Notes under the pieces: model-generated
Database searches by the model: none
What the model was told of the DNA's origin: nothing
The model's input: only the letters and a program-made list of their open reading frames with translations
Position numbers and translations under genes: made by a program
Shown: piece by piece, positions 60,061 through 64,000 of the stretch
Numbering within the stretch: position 1 is the stretch's first letter
Layout: each line of letters opens with the position of its first letter
Source of the DNA: Myxococcota bacterium
GTDB lineage: Bacteria; Myxococcota_A; UBA9160; UBA4427
Reading direction: 5' to 3'
Length of the DNA: 64,000 bases
Assembly: GCA_965250285.1 (NCBI GenBank)
Contig: OZ252299.1
Location: 6,184,918-6,248,917, forward strand

Positions 60061-60660
60061 TCATGAAGTGGATGCGGCGGCGTCTCTCTGGCCGAGTCGC
60101 CACGCGATCATCGGCAGGCTGTCGATGCCCCAGAACTGCTCGTCACCGAGAAACATCGCGGGCACGCCGAACACGTCGCGCGACTCGGCCCGCGCGGCGA
60201 TCTCACCGAGGCGATGCGTGGCCTCGGGGGCACGCGCCGCCTCGAGCCATGCGTCCGCCGGTCCTTCGGCCGAGGCGATGCACTCGCGGAGCACGTCGGT
60301 CGAGGCGAGGTCGAGCCGATCGCGCCAGGCGGCTCGGAAGAGCGCGGCGTGCAAAGCGCCGAAGCGGGCGTCGCCGCCCGCGACCACGGCGAGGCGTAGC
60401 GCGAGCTCCGAGCGCACGGGGTGCGGTTTGGGCACGCGGATCTTCACGCCGTGGTACTCGGCCGTTCGGGCGGCGTCGACCGCCGTGTAGCGACGCTTGA
60501 CGTCCGAGTAGGGCAGGCCGTGCTCGTAGTTGCTGAGCAGCATGATGTCGGTGGGGTGCCACCGAAGCGTGACGCCCCGTTCGCCGGCGAAGCCCGGCAG
60601 GACCTCGGCCGCCACGTACGCAAACGGTGACCGGTAGTCGAAGTAGACGTCCATCTGCAT
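60061..60660 (-). CDS. DsbA/kappa-GST-like (2-hydroxychromene-2-carboxylate isomerase family) protein
   Basis: YFDYRSPFAY, VFGVP, FWGID. Confidence 0.88.
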   Translation of the reverse strand: MQMDVYFDYRSPFAYVAAEVLPGFAGERGVTLRWHPTDIMLLSNYEHGLPYSDVKRRYTAVDAARTAEYHGVKIRVPKPHPVRSELALRLAVVAGGDARFGALHAALFRAAWRDRLDLASTDVLRECIASAEGPADAWLEAARAPEATHRLGEIAARAESRDVFGVPAMFLGDEQFWGIDSLPMIAWRLGQRDAAASTS

Positions 60661-60756
60661 CGCGGCCCGCGCCTCCTTCTCGATCGAAATTCGCCCGGCG
60701 TTCGATCGCGCTGACTCTGCAGCCGATCGGCCGAGCGAGGGGCGTCCCCCGCCGGA

Positions 60757-61500
60757 TCAGGCGCGGCTGTAGACGCTCACGTGTGCGCGGCTCTCGGCGG
60801 TGAACGGCGCCCGGCACCAATCGGCAAAGCGCTCACGCAGCGCGAGCCCGCCGAGGCGGGCCATCAGGTCGAGCTCGGCCGGCCAGGCGTAGCGCATGGG
60901 CACGCGGTGCTGCTTCACGCCCCCTTCGCCGACCACGACGTACTGATAGTCGACCGTCTGCGTCAGCGGGTCGTGCATCGAAGCCTCGAACGTCGTTGCG
61001 CCGTCTTCGATGTGCACGGTGCGCACGGCCTGGCGATCGACGAAGCCCGACAGGTCGGGCACGTAGGTCTCGATCACGAAGTGACCGCGGGCGCTCAGAT
61101 GTCGGCCGACATTCTCGAAGAGTCTCACCTGGTCGGCCTGGGTCTCGAGGTTGAAGAGTGTGTTGAACACGAGAAAGACCAGGTCGAACTCCCCGGCGAC
61201 ATCGACGTCGGCCATGTCGCCCACGACGACCGGAATGTCCCGACCGCCGGGCTTCTCGCGCAGCTTGGCGAGCATCGGCTCGGACGCCTCGATGCCGTGC
61301 ACCTCGAGCCCCTTCGCCGCGAGCGGCAGCGCGACGCGACCCGTGCCGATCGCGAGCTCGAGCACGCGGCCGCCCGCTGCGAGCTCGGCGAGCAGGCCGA
61401 CCGCGTCGGCGGTCGACGCGTCCTGCTGGATCACGCCGTACCACGTGTCGTAGGTGGCCGCCTGGTCGGCGTCGAAGGCGCGGGGTCGGCTCTTCGTCAT
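60757..61500 (-). CDS. Class I SAM-dependent methyltransferase
   Basis: VLELAIGTGR, GDM, FDLVFLVFNT, RYAWPAELDLMA. Confidence 0.9.
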   Translation of the reverse strand: MTKSRPRAFDADQAATYDTWYGVIQQDASTADAVGLLAELAAGGRVLELAIGTGRVALPLAAKGLEVHGIEASEPMLAKLREKPGGRDIPVVVGDMADVDVAGEFDLVFLVFNTLFNLETQADQVRLFENVGRHLSARGHFVIETYVPDLSGFVDRQAVRTVHIEDGATTFEASMHDPLTQTVDYQYVVVGEGGVKQHRVPMRYAWPAELDLMARLGGLALRERFADWCRAPFTAESRAHVSVYSRA

Positions 61501-61522
61501 GGGCGCCTCGCTCGGTTCGCGC

Positions 61523-62257
61523 TCATGCCGCCCGCGCCACGACGAGCCGGTAGCCGAGGTCGAGCGACGCGCGACCGAGCAGGTCGGCATAGCGTCGCGC
61601 CCACTCCCCCGTCTCGAGGTCGTCGCGCAGTCGGCCGAGGCCCGTGTCGGCGTCGGCGATCTTCGAGAAGATCGACGTCGCGCCCCGCACCGCCGGGTCG
61701 AGGTACGCATCCGGGCGTCGCCAGTACGCGCCGAGCATGCCGTCGGTGCAGTCGTGCGGGATCGGCAGGGGCGTCACGTCGATCGGCCCGAGCAGCTCGG
61801 TGAGGGTCGCCATCGTCGGCATCCAGGCCCGGTCGAGCTCGCCGATCTCGGGCAGGTAGTCGAGCAGCCAGAAGCCCGGCAACCCGGGCTCGCACGTGAG
61901 GAGCACCACGCGCTGGCGCGCCACGCGCCGCAGCTCACGGAGGCCAGCGCCGAGATCGGGCCAATGGTGGATCGTCAGGATCGCCAGCGTCGCATCGAAC
62001 GCGTCGTCTGCGAAGGGCAGGGCGCCCGCGACGCCTCGGGCCACCGGCGCCGCGCCCGCGGCGCGTTGATCGATCATGACGCGCGAAGGTTCGATCCCGA
62101 CGACGTGCCGGTCGCGCGGCTCATACGATCCGGCGCCGGCCCCGACGTTCAGCACGCTCTGCGCCTCGCCGAGCGCGTCGCGGATCGGACGCGCGATGCG
62201 CGGCTCTTCGACGCGATGCGCCTGATAGCCCCGACCGATCGTGTCATAGACCTGCAT
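61523..62257 (-). CDS. Class I SAM-dependent methyltransferase
   Basis: YDTIGRGY, VLNVGAGAGSY, LPFADDAFD, TIHHW, YWRRP.AYLD, LDLGYRL. Confidence 0.9.
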   Translation of the reverse strand: MQVYDTIGRGYQAHRVEEPRIARPIRDALGEAQSVLNVGAGAGSYEPRDRHVVGIEPSRVMIDQRAAGAAPVARGVAGALPFADDAFDATLAILTIHHWPDLGAGLRELRRVARQRVVLLTCEPGLPGFWLLDYLPEIGELDRAWMPTMATLTELLGPIDVTPLPIPHDCTDGMLGAYWRRPDAYLDPAVRGATSIFSKIADADTGLGRLRDDLETGEWARRYADLLGRASLDLGYRLVVARAA

Positions 62258-62457
62258 GCCGCCTCCCCGCGTCGCGCGGGCTGTCAGCGAGACCCGGGGC
62301 CGGCCCGCGGAGCGAGCGGCCGTGGGTCGGCGAACGTGATGGCTCGAGGGCGCGCTTCGACACGATAGCGATGCGGCCGGTGTGCGGCCCACGGCCGCTA
62401 CTCGCCGCCGGGTGTGGTCGCCGCGTCGCTCGCGGCGTCGTTCGGTCGATCGGGCGG

Positions 62458-64000
62458 CTAGCCCCGGTCGCCCAGCTCTTCGAGGTGACGCGCGAGCTCG
62501 CGCTCGGCCCGCGCCGCCGGGTCGATCGGTGCGAAGGCCGTGCCGGCCTCGGTCAGCGGCTTGCCCGTGCCTGCTTCGATCGTGCCGTGCCGCTGACGCT
62601 CGATGTGATCCTCGACGTTGAACTCGAAGTCGGGGTCGTTCTCGGGGTCGTGGCAGCTGCCGCAGATCTGCAGGATCACGCACGAGTCACACTTGTCGCC
62701 CAGCGAGATGATCGTGCCCAGCTTCTTGGCTTCGGGCTTCACGTGCTCCCCGCCTGGCCCGTGACACGATTCGCAGCCGACCCGCGCGAGATCGGGCTGA
62801 GCGGTGTAGGGCTGCGCCGGGTCGTAGCCACCCGGCCGGCCCATCGCCGTGGTGTGGCACTCGAGGCAGGCGTCGTTCCCCGCCTGTCCGTCGGCCACGA
62901 GCGACTGGATCGACTGGCCATGGGGATGATCCACCCAAGCCGCCGCCTCGGCTTCGTGGCACCCGACGCATGCGTCGCTGCCCACGTAGTCGACATCGGC
63001 CGGCATGAGCGAGGTCGGTCGCGCGCCCTCGCCAAAGGTCTTGATGCGCTCGGCGTTCGTCATCGCCGCGATGGCGGCGTGCGAGACGTGCTGGCTGAAG
63101 GCGTCGTACTCGAAGCCGAGCGAGTGGGTCTGGTTGTGGCAGGTCACGCAGATCGGCTCGTAGTTCTCTTCGACGACGAACCCGGGCGAGAGGTGAGGGC
63201 CGCCGCGGCCGTGGCAGTTCTCGCAGCCCACGTTCTCGAGAAAACGCTGAGGGTTCTCGAACGAGTAGCCGCCGGCCTCTTCGAAGCCGACCACGTGGCA
63301 GCCCACGCACTCGACGTTGCGCTCGGCGCCGTGCGTGACGAGGGTGTCGTACGCGGTGGCGTGGCTCGTGAACGACCACGTCGCCGCCTCTTCTTCGTGG
63401 CAGACCGCGCACGCGTCGTTACCGGTATAGCCCGTCGGGTTCAGCAGCATCGGCACGGGTGCGCCGCCCAGCTTGGCGAGGTGCATGCGCATGAGCGGCG
63501 GGTCGCGGTCTTCGCGCCAGCCCTGTACGCGGTGTACGACCTCGCGATCGGGCGAGATGAGGAAGATGTCGGGCACGCCGCCCCGGACGCCGTAGGCGGC
63601 GCGCAGGTCGCCGTCGGGATCCATCAGGATCGGGAAGAAGTCGAGGCCGGCCTCCTCCATCGCTGCGCGCACGGCGATCGGTCGGTTCTGCACGCTGACG
63701 CCGAGCAGCGTGGGTCGCTGATCTTCGGGCATGTCCTCGAGCACGCCGCGCATGTAGCCGAGGGCCTCGTGGCAGTGCGGGCACGTGTGCAGGAAGAACA
63801 TGAGGATGACCGGCTTGCCGTCGAGCGAAGCGAAGTCGAATTCGTCGCCGTCGATCGTCGTGGTCTCGAACGTCGGGGCGGGCGCGCGGTCGAAGAGCGC
63901 GCCCTTCATGTTCTCGGGCTCGTCCTGAATGCGGAGCGCGACGGCGATCTCGTCACGAATCAGCTGCACCGCGTCGTCACCCTGGGTCGCAAAGTAGGGG
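62458..64000 (-). CDS. Thioredoxin-like (TlpA/redoxin) domain fused to octaheme cytochrome c (5' end outside window)
   Basis: Frame is open to the window edge. APTF...GKPVILMFF..TCPHC...GVP redoxin fold, then eight CxxCH motifs in two c554-like blocks. Confidence 0.9.
   Translation of the reverse strand, partial: PYFATQGDDAVQLIRDEIAVALRIQDEPENMKGALFDRAPAPTFETTTIDGDEFDFASLDGKPVILMFFLHTCPHCHEALGYMRGVLEDMPEDQRPTLLGVSVQNRPIAVRAAMEEAGLDFFPILMDPDGDLRAAYGVRGGVPDIFLISPDREVVHRVQGWREDRDPPLMRMHLAKLGGAPVPMLLNPTGYTGNDACAVCHEEEAATWSFTSHATAYDTLVTHGAERNVECVGCHVVGFEEAGGYSFENPQRFLENVGCENCHGRGGPHLSPGFVVEENYEPICVTCHNQTHSLGFEYDAFSQHVSHAAIAAMTNAERIKTFGEGARPTSLMPADVDYVGSDACVGCHEAEAAAWVDHPHGQSIQSLVADGQAGNDACLECHTTAMGRPGGYDPAQPYTAQPDLARVGCESCHGPGGEHVKPEAKKLGTIISLGDKCDSCVILQICGSCHDPENDPDFEFNVEDHIERQRHGTIEAGTGKPLTEAGTAFAPIDPAARAERELARHLEELGDRG

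Overview
High-GC bacterial chromosome window, most likely a deltaproteobacterial/Myxococcota-related lineage (inferred from rRNA features and gene content, not from a search). From left to right: (1) the 3' part of tyrS and a complete rRNA operon (promoter, 16S, tRNA-Ile, tRNA-Ala, 23S, 5S) ending in four tandem terminator hairpins. (2) A LuxR-type regulator and a secreted hypothetical protein. (3) A ~25-kb same-strand locus, the most interesting part of the window: an Agl-Glt-like envelope motor cluster (three TPR proteins, a small GltF-like protein, MotA/TolQ/ExbB, two ExbD/TolR of which one has Asn at the channel Asp, and a TonB/AgmX-PglI-like protein), then a c-di-GMP-I (GEMM) riboswitch, then a single ~5,080-aa protein with Ig/DUF11 repeats, OmpA-like domains and a C-terminal beta-barrel. 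(4) A DevBCA-type ABC exporter whose ATPase carries a TerB-like tail. (5) Mixed metabolic and housekeeping genes, including rplX outside the spc operon next to rpmG, two PEP-CTERM paralogues, a 41-bp x4 tandem repeat of the RBS/start region of a dlgD-like gene, a TonB-dependent receptor, and a truncated thioredoxin-octaheme cytochrome c fusion. No CRISPR array, transposase or prophage was seen. All protein-family calls come from motif recognition by eye.
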